Shown: positions 63,514 to 64,000 of the stretch, one piece after another | Position numbering within the stretch: position 1 is the first letter of the stretch | Layout: each line of letters opens with the position of its first letter | Source: Octopus bimaculoides | Lineage: Eukaryota | Reading direction: 5' to 3' | Length of the DNA: 64,000 nucleotides | NCBI RefSeq assembly: GCF_001194135.2 | Contig: NC_068986.1 | Coordinates: 3,964,713-4,028,712 of the forward strand | Translations under genes and position numbers: made by a program | Notes under the pieces: model-generated | Databases searched by the model: none | Told to the model about the DNA's origin: nothing | What the model saw: only the letters and a program-made list of their open reading frames with translations

Positions 63514-64000
63514 TGCGGGAGTGCCATGATAGTAGGAGGATGTTAAATGGTCAAGTGCCCTGAAAGTGACCCGTTGTGGATGGTAGTAGTAACTGAATTC
63601 TTGAGACATCTCTTTTGAATGTTTTGTTTATAATATTTGCGTAGGTGTTATTCTAAACAGCAATAGCGGTAAAATTAGGAAGGAGGTGGCGGAGAGGAAG
63701 AAAACGAAGAAGAAGGAAGAGAACGAGAAGGGAGAATAAGAAGGAATGTAGGTAGTATGATAGCAGTAGAGTATTAAATGGTCAAGTGACCTAAAAGTGG
63801 CTCGTTAGGGATTATAGCAGTGATTGGGACTGGTTTCTAATGAATTCTTGAGAATCTCTTGAGTGCATCCTTTTTAATATTTGCGTGTGTGTTTGTGTTA
63901 TTGTAAGGCGTGGTACATATGTTGCTTGTTGTGAACGCGTTCAAAAGGGGTCTGTATTTTGTAATAAAGAGAGTCTCTTTACTAATTCGTTGGCTATAAG

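Overview
Eukaryotic, AT-rich, repeat-dense draft-assembly DNA with about 19 N-gaps, most flanked by microsatellites. The tRNA-derived SINE families look like the OK/OR-type SINEs of Octopus, so this is probably an octopod cephalopod scaffold (inference). I can support no intact host gene; most listed ORFs are artefacts of microsatellites or N-runs. The window is a graveyard of transposable elements. DNA transposons include a full-length mariner with TIRs and TA TSDs (2606-3868), a full-length Chapaev3 with TAA TSDs (51029-53300), a hAT/Buster element swollen by nested insertions (42136-47056), and Helitron-like and MITE-like pieces. Retroelements include RTE and L1/Tx1 LINE fragments, a Penelope-like element with RT and a C-terminal GIY-YIG (30769-32930, minus strand), and dozens of SINEs. 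The most interesting non-obvious signal is five separate, non-homologous minimal type-I hammerhead-ribozyme motifs (about 23.3, 24.4, 33.2, 43.8 and 63.1 kb). Each has a (near-)palindromic stem III and lies 35-175 nt upstream of a TA-type microsatellite. This fits Penelope pseudo-LTR or retrozyme-like modules that insert into (TA)n.
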